From assembly GCF_963921235.1 (NCBI RefSeq), contig NC_086108.1, positions 39,248,001 to 39,312,000 on the forward strand: a stretch of DNA of 64,000 nt. The letters run 5' to 3'. Both the position numbers and the translations under genes were made by a program. This DNA comes from Mobula hypostoma. Lineage: Eukaryota. This document shows, one piece after another, positions 12,870 to 24,315 of this stretch. Under the pieces are notes generated by a model. It saw only the letters and a program-made list of their open reading frames with translations. It was not told where the DNA came from and did no database searches. Position 1 is the stretch's first letter. Every line of letters starts with the position of its first letter.

Positions 12870-13270
12870 GAGGTAAAGATTCAAGCACAAGAACAGAAGA
12901 AGATATGTACAGGAGTAAGTCACCAGAACCCTCAAGCCTACCCCACAGTTTCAACACCTCTTCTGTGCCAGTTCCCCAGAACTCTCAATTCCATAATCTT
13001 TCAAATATTTATTTATCTTCATCTTCAATATATATAATGATCTGGCCTCCACCACCCTCAGGGGCAGAGAATTCCAGAGATTCACTGTCCTCTGAGCCAA
13101 GGACATCTAAACACCTCAGTTTTAAGGCTCCCTTATCTGGTATCTTGATCATAACTCACCCACCAGTGAAAACATCTCAACATCGGTGCTGACAAAGTCC
13201 CTGGCAAGCTTATAAGTTTAAATTGGTCACCCCTCATTCATTTAAACTCCAAGGAACACAGTTGTAAACT
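12870..13270 (-). mobile_element. Degenerate CR1 3' fragment
   Basis: aagaacagaagaagatatgtacaggagta.. tail and gcagagaattccagagattcactgtcctctgag (antisense of QRxVNLWNSL). Confidence 0.55.
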
Positions 13271-14961
13271 GTCTGTCATTCTGAACTAACTATAAATCTC
13301 ACAACAGAAAACTATATGAGTATTACCACAGGCTTTAATTTTAAGGACTCAGCCTGAGAGTGGTGCTTGGCATGGTAAAACAGCAAAGTGCACGTGAAAA
13401 GTAAGTTATGCATAAAGTGTCACTTGCATCTGATGAATGCTCATATCAGAACATTTTACCCTTTCCAAAATTGTAAATGAACAGTGCTCATGAAGCAAAA
13501 TACAACTAAGAAGGATGACTTCAGTATTTTTAAAACAGGATTCATATTGAACGAAAAACAGAGTAAAATTTTGATAATCCAAAATCAGATTGTGCAGCAG
13601 TCTGGTGATTCAGCATCCAGCTCAGTCATTTAACTGGAGTGTGAACTAAGGTTCCAGAAAGTATTGAAAGTCCATAGCCTGATAAAAAAAAAGGGTTTTA
13701 GTCTGTGGCTGGGGCAAGGATCAAACTGTGGGCAGGATTGGAGATGGAGTCCAAAACATGAGGGGTGAGGAATATAGGATGATTTATAGTTGGAACACAG
13801 TAAACTTTCATATCTCCTGCTCCCTTTCAAATGACCTGGTAAACTAGAAAATTTATTCTACCTCTGGGTAACAAATTAAAGTGCATAGGTTGCAACAGGA
13901 ATAACATCTACTAACACAGAAATCTGCAAGTCTGGCTTCAAACTCCCAAGCATGCCAAATTGTCAGAGTTTTACTATACAAGATAAAAATGGCAGCATTA
14001 TGCAGAATTCAAGCAAGTAAAATCTACTTGTTCCATGAAGAAATAGACTCTAAGGCATCTATTATTGTTCCAGCAGTTTTCCTCAGTAATCATTTTTAGA
14101 TAATCGCTGACATAATTTTAAAAATTGCCACAAAACCGGTCAAGATGGTGCCAAACAGTGGTCTCCATTGAAGTCACGACTCAGACTTAGTTCCTTTCTT
14201 TTTATATAAAGTTCGTAGGAATGGTTGTTGGGGACAGAGATGGGAATTAGGGATTAGCTAGGGGCATAAGGGTAGGGATGTGGGAGAGTTAGAGGTCAGG
14301 CTAATGCCTAGGCCTCTGCTCCAGGCTCCACACCTTACGGCCAGCAACATGGGCAGTGATAATAGACATCTGGAGTTCCAGCCTCCAATCCCTGTTCCAG
14401 GGCCAGTGACGTAGATGGGTGATGAAGGATATCCAGAGTCTAGGCCTCCGCTCTATATTCGAAGGCTAGTGATGTGGACAGATGACAAAGAACATCTGTG
14501 GATGTCGGGCTGTCCTAGGTTGGTGGGCCCCATGATCAGATGCCCATGCAAGCAGGGGGCATGAATGCCAGTGAGTCGGCAAGCCCAGGCTTCAAGGCCT
14601 GGAGCTCGGGATCTTGTCATTGGTTAGTCCTGAGGTCAATAACAAAGATCGAAGCCCAAAGGTCAATTGGACATACAGAAGTCAAATCCCAATGGCTGCC
14701 GCCTGGAGACTGAAGGCCCTGATGCCAGTCCTGGGTTAGAGGTCTCTGTGTGTGGGGGGATGAGAGGGAGGAAAGGGGCATGTTTTACTGGTGTCGCTCT
14801 GTTGTTCTCAATGCTCTGTGTTTAATCTGCCGAGCATCGTGGACATGCTATGCTGGTGCTGAAATGTGTTGACTCTTAACACAAACGACACATTTCACTC
14901 AACATACATCAAAGTTGCTGGTGAACGCAGCAGGCCAAGCAGCATCTGTAGGAAGAGGTGC

Positions 14962-14997
14962 AGTCGACGTTTCAGGCCGAGACCCTTCGTCAGGACT
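14962..14997 (-). ncRNA. Minimal type-I hammerhead ribozyme motif in the PLE terminus
   Basis: Reverse complement reads AGUC-CUGACGA-A-GGGU(CUCG)GCCU-GAAA-CG-UC-GACU. Confidence 0.85.
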
Positions 14998-15639
14998 AAC
15001 TGAAGGAAGAGTGAGTAAGGGATTTGAAAGTTGGAGGGGGAGGGGGAGATCCAAAATGATAGGAGAAGACAGGAGGGGGAGGGATAGAGCCGAGAGCTGG
15101 ACAGGTGATTGGCAAAAGGGGATATGAGAGGATCATGGGACAGGAGGTCCGGGAAGAAAGACAAGGGAGGGGGTGACCCAGAGGATGGGCAAGAGGTATA
15201 TTCAGAGGGACAGAGGGAGAAAAAGGAGAGTGAGAGAAAGAATGTGTGCATAAAAATGAGTAACAGATGGGGTACGAGGGGGAGGTGGGGCCTTAGCGGA
15301 ATTTAGAGAAGTTGATGTTCATGCCATCAGGTTGGAGGTTACCCAGACGGAATATAAGGTGTTGTTCCTCCAACCTGAGTGTGGCTTCATCTTTACAGTA
15401 GAGGAGGCCGTGGATAGACATGTCAGAATGGGAATGGGATGTGGAATTAAAATGTGTGGCCACTGGGAGATCCTGCTTTCTCTGGCGGACAGAGCGTAGA
15501 TGTTCAGCAAAGCGGTCTCCCAGTCTGCGTCGGGTCTCGCCAATATATAAAAGGCCACATCAGGAGCACCGGACGCAGTATATCACCCCAGTCGACTCAC
15601 AGGTGAAGTGATGCCTACACCGAAGAAGTTTAGAAAATT

Positions 15640-16035
15640 AACAAGTGCTACACATGCCCTTACACTTCCTCCCTTACCACCATTCAGGGCCCCAAACAGT
15701 CCTTCCAGGTGAGGCATCACTTCACCTGTGAGTCGACTGGGGTGATATACTGCGTCCGGTGCTCCCGATGTGGCCTTTTATATATTGGCGAGACCCGACG
15801 CAGACTGGGAGACCGCTTTGCTGAACATCTACGCTCTGTCCGCCAGAGAAAGCAGGATCTCCCAGTGGCCACACATTTTAATTCCACATCCCATTCCCAT
15901 TCTGACATGTCTATCCACGGCCTCCTCTACTGTAAAGATGAAGCCACACTCAGGTTGGAGGAACAACACCTTATATTCCATCTGGGTAGCCTCCAACCTG
16001 ATGGCATGAACATCGACTTCTCTAACTTCCGCTAA
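15640..16035 (+). pseudogene. C-terminal GIY-YIG endonuclease domain of the PLE ORF (open, but lacking the RT)
   Basis: NKCYTCPY..FTCESTGVIYCVRCSRCGLLYIGETRRRLGDRFAEH..VATHFN..LEEQHLIFHLGSLQPDGMN. The upstream CxxC linker is typical of the Neptune clade. Confidence 0.9.
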
Positions 16036-16327
16036 GGCCCCACCTCCCCCTCGTACCCCATCTGTTACTCATTTTTATGCACACATTCTTTCTCTCACTC
16101 TCCTTTTTCTCCCTCTGTCCCTCTGAATATACCTCTTGCCCATCCTCTGGGTCACCCCCCCCCGTCTTTCTTCCCGGACCTCCTGTCCCATGATCCTCTC
16201 GTATCCCTTTTGCCTATCACCTGTCCAGCTCTTGGCTCTATCCCTCCCCCTCCTGTCTTCTCCTATCATTTTGGATCTCCCCCTCCCCCTCCAACTTTCA
16301 AATCCCTTACTCACTCTTCCTTCAGTT

Positions 16328-16363
16328 AGTCCTGACGAAGGGTCTCGGCCTGAAACGTCGACT
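16328..16363 (+). ncRNA. Minimal type-I hammerhead ribozyme motif in the PLE terminus
   Basis: AGUC-CUGACGA-A-GGGU(CUCG)GCCU-GAAA-CG-UC^GACU: intact CUGANGA/GAAA core, stem I AGUC/GACU, predicted cleavage after 16359. Confidence 0.85.
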
Positions 16364-18954
16364 GTACCTCTTCCTACAGATGCTGCCTGGCCTGCTGCGT
16401 TCACCAGCAACTTTTATGTGTGTTGCTTGAATTTCCAGCATCTGCAGAATTCCTGTTGTTTGCGACACATTTCACTGTATGTTTTGATGTACATGTGATA
16501 AATGAATTTGAATCTAAGATCTGAAACTAAAACTGTCATAACACAGGCATTATTAAAGAATAAAACATCAAAAAAATCAAACATTTAACTCTATATCAAT
16601 GACAATTTAAATCATTTATATTTGATGATCTATATTCTGCTCAAGTTCCCTGAATTCCCATACAGTTTTGTTAACACCATGAAAATCTGCTGCTTTTTCA
16701 GTGAGAACATTATTCGTGTAAAGTGAGAATTAAAGATTCAGACAGTTGATACTGTATTAATTGATAAATCCTCAGCAGCTCACAAGTGGAAAGCACACCA
16801 ATATTCTCTTTATTTTTTTCCTCTTGCACTGTCATCTGTTTGTGAAGGAGAATTTTTGCGTGCAAACCAAGCATTACAGTCTGCCTATTAGCACAAAGTC
16901 CTGTCAGTCATCTGTTTAACCTGCCTTAGAGAAACAAGAGAAGCAGACCTTAAGAGAACTTTCTACCTTAGAGAAATTTCTCTTCTTGTTCTTCTCCACA
17001 ATGTCGAAACTCCCTTGCCCTCTTATTTTCTGGTCAAAGGTTAAACTGCCGACCTTTCACCTGTTACTCATAGAGTTTTTTTTGTGTGCAAAAGATTTCA
17101 CAGTCTGCTTCTGCCTGGATTAGCTCCTCTTCATGAACAAAGGGAGACTCTTTGTACTAGCAGCTTGGCCAAGGAGCCTGCTCGTCAAGGGAAGCTGCTC
17201 CTACTTAACATTCACAATGATCGCATTGTGTATTCCCTGTAAATCCTACATCTCTGCGTCTAGACTTTTACCCAGCTAGACAGCCATAGGAGAAAATCCT
17301 GTGAGGCACTCAAGTGAAAGCAAACCAAAGCAGCCTGCTGTGAAACTGATGAAGATGTCAGCTTCCTGGACAGAAAAAAAACTTTCTATTGTTCAACACA
17401 CTTGCAGAAACAAATGTTCAAGAATCAAAAGCAATAGTTGTGATTTTATTTATGGACCAGTCAGAAAGTTTTTCGACACTACCAGCTCGTCCCCTCCTCT
17501 CAAGTAACAACCAATGAAAATGGTCAAGGTATGCTAATCATTAGTACCACAATTGTTTCCTATTCTTCCTCCCTGAAATGTACAAAGGGATGTCTAGAGT
17601 TTGCAAGGTGAGGGAATTAAAATTGACAGCTTGTACATTTTTATTGCCCCACCTCCATTCCGCTTCACAAATTGCGCAAATTTAAATGAACACTTACAGT
17701 ACCGAGTTTGAAATGTTAAATCTGAAGCTTGGCTCCATGAGAAAAATACAAAAATACTGCAGCGCACTATAAACTGGTGGTTTTATAAACAAATTAAAGT
17801 GACCAGAGAATGATAACCAACAAAATATACCAGTGAAATTAGAGATCGTAAAAGAAATGAAATGCTTACACATTTAAATGTTTACCCTATAATGTATGAT
17901 TTTAGCGAAGGTGCCTTAAATTACTCAGAAGACAATAAAGATATCAGAACAAAATTGATCAAAGAAACAAAGTATTCTAGGCTTACAAAGTACGCAGTCT
18001 TTCTTGATGGAAAAGTAAATTCCTTTAGATTAATGTTACAACTGGAAATATCCCCGCGTATGATTTTGATTTTCTTCACTCATTAACAAGAAATTTCTTT
18101 ATCCACTGGAGGGAATCAGTGGAAAATTTCACACACTATTTAAAAATTATTCCTCAATGTAGGCAAACACCACAGTAAATGATTTGCTATGTGACAGCTT
18201 TATCAAAAGAACAATCCAATTTCTTCCACTTGTCTACACTGGTTCCCTGAAATATATTCTCCTCCAAATCATTATCCATTTCTCCTATCAGGGCTTTATT
18301 GAATCTGCATTCACTACTCCAGCAGACAGTACACTCCAAACCCTAACCAACAGGACAGTCTGTCAATTTTTCATCACTGTCTGTATTTTCCCCACAAGTA
18401 CCTTAAACATGATATTGCAAATAAAAATGTGGCAGACATTATTACCATTTATACTTGCTGCAGAGAAGGGGAATAGCTCAAATCACCCAAGGAGAGCAGA
18501 AAAGAAATGAAGGACAGTGAAACTAAAGCAAAATAGTGAAAAAAGAAGTAATGGCATACAGACGTGACAAATCCTCAGATCATCTGATCTGAATTGCTGT
18601 GTATTGAAGGAAATAAGTGAAAATCCTTCAATGACTCAAGGACAGAGGGCACTGAAATAAGTACAGATGAAAGCCTAACATACAAAGGGAAAGGCAAAAT
18701 CATGCTCCACAATAGTTGAAAGTTCCAGTAGGCAGTATGGCCCATCCAAACTTCACTGTTCAGCATATCTTCAATAGTTACATTTGCACACCACAACACA
18801 AAGTTTGAAATACACTGGCAGTCCTATTCCAGTAAAAACTAGTAGATACCTCCTCCTGGTCTACATCACGTCTAGTGGCAGAGCTCAGGTTATGCTAAGT
18901 TAAGGGTATGAATCCACTTCACTTGAATGTGGTCACCAACTGGATGGATGAAGA

Positions 18955-19366
18955 AGGTACCACACACAAAATGCTGGAGGAACTCAGCTGGCAAACAGTC
19001 AACGTTTCAGGCCAAGACCCTTCATCAGGAATGGAAAGGAAGGGGAGAAGTCAGAGTAAGAAGGTGGGGCGGGAGGGGAGGAAGAAGTACAAGGTGGAAG
19101 GTGACAGGTGAAATGGGGAGAGGGGAGTGGGTAAACAGCTGAGAAACATAGGTGAAAAGATAAAAAGGGCTAGAGAAGGGGGAATCTGATAGGAGATGAC
19201 AGAAAATAATGGAAGAAAGGGAAGCTGGAGGAGCACCAGAGGGAGGCGATGGGCAGGTAAGGAGATAAGGTGAGAGAGGGAAACAGGAATGGGGAATGGT
19301 GTAGGAGAGTGGGGGTGGGGGGAACGAGGCTTGCAATTTGGATTTCCAGTATCTGCAGATTTTCTA
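18955..19366. mobile_element. Older fold-back PLE: inverted arm plus tail-only direct arm, 11-bp TSD
   Basis: TSD atggatgaaga at 18944-18954 and 19367-19377. Minus-oriented PLE terminus, then plus-oriented tail ggatttccagtatctgcagattttct. Confidence 0.75.
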
Positions 19367-19974
19367 ATGGATGAAGATGCTTATAAAGTTAATATTAATG
19401 TTTCACTAAACTTGCCTCATATAATGTAATTAATAAAATTAATATAATGTGATTTATTAAAATTAAACACTTTAATTACCTTTTATTATCAGGCATTTAA
19501 AATCAATAGATTAAACATACTGAAAATCAATGCCCCTGTCAGTTAACAGAGTAGTGTGGGTCTCATTCTCCATCACCTTAGGCCTGTTTGCCATTCACAG
19601 ATTATTCATCCTGTTGCAACAAGCACAGTAATGAATGCTCGATTTCAAGTGGGCCAAAGGGCTACAAAGGATTAGTATGGTCATAGGAATTGCATGTAGA
19701 ACCAATGCGGGGGGGGGGGGGCTGCATCAGAATAATCCAGTTTAATAGGTGGGAAAACAATTCTAATGAAAGAAAATGCAACACTGTCCATGTGAATACA
19801 AGATAGAAATTCTGCAAGCAGCAAAAAAAACACTAGAATAATTAAAAGTTCAAAGTCATTTATGTATCTATACATACAGATAATTAAAATAACATGAAAG
19901 AAGAACAGAGTATAAAAAGAAAGGCTCATGGAATGCTGGACCTTTTACCCAGAAGTCTAGGAGATAGAAGAAAG

Positions 19975-20186
19975 AAGAAAAAAGCCCTCAACTCTGAGTG
20001 GAGACATCGGGACGCCATCGTGACAGCGTTTTTTTTAGCAGGGTTTCTTATTTTTACGAGGCCGAGTTACTAGCTCAACGCTCAACCCAGCACAGATGAA
20101 AAGCGTGCAAGGGAGCCGGCTGGATTCAAACTTGAGAGCCTTCGTTCCTAAGCCCGGCGCTGATGCCACTACGCCACCAGTCAGCC
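19975..20186 (-). mobile_element. tRNA-derived SINE with RTE-like body
   Basis: Minus strand: A box TGGCGTAGTGG, B box GTTTGAATCC, then gggttgagcgttgagctagtaactcggcctcgtaaaaa and a (ttc)n tail. Confidence 0.75.
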
Positions 20187-20874
20187 AGTCTAGGATATAG
20201 AAGGTTAGAAACCTTGCTGCAGACACAAAGCCCCAGAGGACGGTGAGCTGCCCTGGGTCCTGCATTATTATATTCACACATCAAAAGCTAAACAGAATGC
20301 CAACTAATCTCCAAGATTAAACCATAATGAGAGATTAGACAATATATAAATTAAAGAGAGAGATAAAGAAAAACAACTTCTATGGATTAAGGACTCTAGG
20401 ACTAAATGGATTACACAGTGAATCAGGCATTTTAGGAATGAAATTAGGGTTCACTTCTGAACAACAGAAATGTGGAGATCTCTTCCTACAACAGCAATTA
20501 TTAAATTTTAATCCCATTATATATAAATTTTTGTAGATTAATGAATTAAAGAATATGGAAAGTTGGTATTTGAATTTGGATCACAAATTAGGCAAAACCT
20601 CATTACAAGGTAGAAAGTGTTTGGGGGAGTAAGTATATAGCCTGTCCCTGTTTCCAACAACTTCTTATCTCTGAGTAATGCAACCCTTCTGTCTATGGAC
20701 TAAATAATGGAAATCCACGTTCCTTGGAACCAACACAGTGTACCTCTTCTGAAGCTAATAAGTGCTCCATGTGGCCCAAACTAGTATTTTATCTAAATTC
20801 AACATAATCTCTCTCTTTGTCCACTGTTCAGAAAATCTAAGAAGTAAAAGGAATATTCAAACACTATCCTGTCA

Positions 20875-21535
20875 ACATGGCTATCGTATATCTTCCGTCC
20901 CGACCCTCCAAGCAGACCATTGCCTTTGTCAGAGCTGGGGAGCAGCCAATACCCGCCAAAAGAACATCTGCAGGCATCCTGACCTCTGCAAGGGACTGGC
21001 AGCTCTTGGTGGACCTCGAACGGCAGCTGAAGTTCCCCAACCATATCTCAGCCATCACCCTGCGACCAGATATTGTCCTAGTGTCCGAGTCTACTAAGCA
21101 AGTGGTGCTGCTGGAGCTGACAGTCCCATAGGAATATAGCTTGGAAGAGGCCTTTCAAAGGAAGCTCTCCAAGTACGCAGGACTGGTCAGCAACTGTCAG
21201 CAGACTAGATGGAGAGCGAGGTGTCTCCCAGTGGAGGTTGGTTGTAGGGGATTCGTAGCCCGTTCCTTAGTTAGAGCCTTCAGCAATTTGGGCATCGAGG
21301 GAGAGAAGAAGAGGAGAGCCATCCGTAGTACCACCGATGTGGCAGAGAGGGCCTCAAGATGGCTGAGGCTCAAAAGAGGGGAGCCATGAAGTCATAAGTA
21401 GCTAGCCAGCTGGACACAAGCTGGGGTCTGATCAGCCCTGGCTGGGACACCTGGAGGAGGTTGTATGGTGTTGAAAGACCCGAAACACCCAATGATTCCA
21501 GGAACATCACTGAAGATATGTCCAGAAGCATCAGT
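20875..21535 (+). mobile_element. HERO-clade (R2 group) non-LTR retrotransposon 3' end with restriction-like endonuclease
   Basis: LRPDIVLVSESTKQVVLLELTVP*E..EEAFQRKLSKY..LPVEVGCRGFVARS..AERASRWL (PD-(D/E)xK RLE motifs); one in-frame stop at the conserved W. Confidence 0.85.
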
Positions 21536-23547
21536 AGATGTATGTACACTGTTACTATTTCTCTCCCACTCATGGAACAACATTGTACAAAGAAAATCCA
21601 GATGGAATCTTGCTCATTATTGTTAATGCCCATGAGCTTTCAGTTAATATTGACAATATCTGAGCAGTGCATCTGTCTCTGAACACCATTTCACCATAAG
21701 AACATGTGGACCAGGGTATGATTGTTACTGTCAAGGCAAATTCCTGCAGTTCATAATGAGAATGTCATTTCAGAGTCAAATTGGCAATTATCTCAAAAAG
21801 AAAAGGGGACAATATCGTGATAGCCTTGGGATGACAAAACGCAAACAGCAACAAATGGTAGATAGAAGAATCAAAGTCCAAATAATGCATGAGTTCAGTG
21901 AGTTTCTAAACCAAGAAGAACTGGAAAAATTATTGTAGCCTCATGTCAGAAAGTTTATAAATGAGGATCTGTCACAGTGAAAACCAAGTTCATCAGAAAA
22001 GAGCTTTCCAAAACACTTTTCCATGTCAAAAAAACACAACAGTCATTTCAAGGCAATGATCCCAATATGGAGAATGGTATTAAATATAGTTACATGATGG
22101 ATATTATAATATTGTTTTAAGGAGCTCATCCATCTGAAAAAGAAGAAAACATCCAAATTTCCATTGATACCTTCTTTAAGCTTCATTCATTGGTCAGCTA
22201 GTTAAAGTCACACGCAGACCTCTTATCAACATAGAAATTCTAAGCCCAGATTCATCAGCATCACCCTTGCCAAAGACCAGTGCCATTCACAAAATATTGT
22301 CCCAGCAGCAGCAACGGAAAGTATTTTTACTTTACATTCTTGCAAAACAACTTCTAATTTCATTTCAAGAAACAGCAGACTGGGTCTTATCTCAATGCAT
22401 AAATTTGCACAACATTATAACCCATTCTTATTCCAACCTAACATGAACACAGATAGATTTTGCCAAAGATGTTAAACATCAGATGGGAGGGTAGTTCCTC
22501 ATTAATAAACACTAATGCCAAATACTGCATTCACTACCCATTGTTCTGTCTCTGGCAAGGTGCAGAATGTTCAATACAGAACCACCTGACTGGTCTAGCT
22601 CATTACCTAACTTGAAACTTTAACTGAATAAAGTTATCAGATATTCAGTAGCAGAGATCAACATGAAATGTTCTTTTCACTGTGTAAAGATACATATTAA
22701 TTCACATTAGAGGTTAGAAAATGCAAGCATGAGTATCCATTGCACCGCATAATTTATTTCATTTCCACACCATAGATTATCTGATCTCATCTGAATTCTA
22801 ACACAGGTACTGGCCTCAACTATTTGAATTCATTATGAGTGAACATATTAGTGCATCAAAAGATAGTTCTTGTGAACTTTGCCCAAACCAGCCCTTGAAG
22901 AAAAAGAAACTTGTGGACAAAGGCTTTCCAGGTTCAATATAAACATTCAATATAAGATTAAATATATTCAGTTTCTCAATCTATTGTTTATGTACATGCA
23001 TAATTATTTTTGTGGATTTTTCTTTACTGTTCATAGGCAGTGAGCAGTTGCTTATTGGCAGGTATTTATAAAACTGCACTTAGATTTACAAGGGCCCTTG
23101 GCTCCAGATACATTCTGTAAACTCTAAGTTTGTGCATAAATATGCTGCTGGATAACTGTAATCTGTTCTGTATTTGAAAGAATACTACAAAAATGTGAAG
23201 CTAATGACTTTTTTTTGCAAAATTACTGAACAAATATTTACCTTTAAATAAAATTCCTACTTCCTGTCAATCGTAAAATCATATCTCAAGTTAAAAATGT
23301 GGAATATTCTTGTTAGGAAACTTTTTATGGGAAAATTCTTTTGGTCAGAATTTTTAAAAACAAGTCAAATGAAACTCCCTGCTATTTTTATGCCACATTT
23401 TGATCTGCTACTTGATATTCAACTCTCCACAATGTAGTTCTTTTTTTATCATGATCACATTTTTCAATGCACTTACTTCTTACAATGTGCAAACTAAAAA
23501 GTTCATGTGAGAACATGATGTGAATGCCATCAACTTAAAATGAAATG

Positions 23548-24315
23548 CAGTGGACTCCAGTCAATTGGGACACACTGGAACCGGTATATTTTGGCCCAAA
23601 TAAGAAACTGTCTCAATCAGCTGAAGTTTCACGGAAATAGTTAAAAGTTATATAAAAAAAGGCAAACTGCCATTTAACTAAGAATTCATGTATTTAAATG
23701 AAATACAGAACAGATGAGAACATTACCAATACCTCTACAGTAATATAAAAATGTGTTTATCCTAATCGTCGTCGATGGAGGAATTCATCTGCCTATAAAT
23801 AAACAAAATTAGCATAGACACCTAGAGCAGATAATGAACCAATTTCATGCAATGCTTTAGACAATTGCATCCTCCAAACCTTAATCTTCTTTGTAACATT
23901 CAAGTCAACTTCAAATTCATTGCAGTTTCTAACTTGCTGAAGCAGTGAAATCATTTCACTTTCATTCCCGGCCGTTTCTAGCATCTCTCAGCCAGAAACT
24001 ACGGTGAGCAAAACAGTTCCAAATTGTTTTACTGCTTATTTCTTGCCAACTATTAATGATAAAAATCACTGCTGTTTGAACACAAATACATGATGCTATT
24101 TAAAAACTGATTGCTCTAAGCATAATATAATTCTAACAAGTGCACACAACTGACATGAGTCAGCATCTGTTCTGCAACAATATATTGCCCCAATTAAGTG
24201 GCATAGTGTCCCAAATAAAATCACGGGTATTTTCTCAATTTAGTTTTTGTTCTTTCAGAGTCGTTCCAAATAAATGGCTGTCCCGATTAACTGACGGCCC
24301 AATCAACCAGAGGTT
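23548..24315 (-). mobile_element. Non-autonomous Tigger/pogo DNA transposon
   Basis: Terminal cagtggactccagtcaattggg versus cccaatcaaccagag; minus-strand remnant SWQEISSKTIWNCFAHRSF (pogo DDE C-terminal motif). Confidence 0.7.

Larger units (their letters stand above)
14900..16462 (+). mobile_element. Neptune-type PLE, 5'-truncated, fold-back (inverted arm plus direct arm), 14-bp TSD
   Basis: TSD cgacacatttcact at 14886-14899 and 16463-16476. 14900-15616 is a near-identical inverted copy of 15712 to about 16426. Confidence 0.95.
14140..16525 (+). mobile_element. Unclassified non-autonomous retroelement, host of the 14900-16462 PLE
   Basis: Starts caagatggtgcc. Its 3' end acaaacgacacatttcactgtatgttttgatgtacatgtgataaatgaatttgaatct is split by the PLE insertion. 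Confidence 0.45.

Noticed and set aside
15709..16035. Stand-alone GIY-YIG nuclease gene
   Set aside because: It is the C-terminus of a 5'-truncated PLE ORF inside a TSD-flanked insertion, with no ATG or promoter of its own.
16800..17330. Coding-looking purine-rich minus-strand stretch
   Set aside because: The best frame I read has about as many stops as expected by chance, and no recognisable motif.
20120..20186. tRNA gene
   Set aside because: A/B boxes are present, but they continue into a SINE body that has a second copy at 12.2 kb; no clean cloverleaf.
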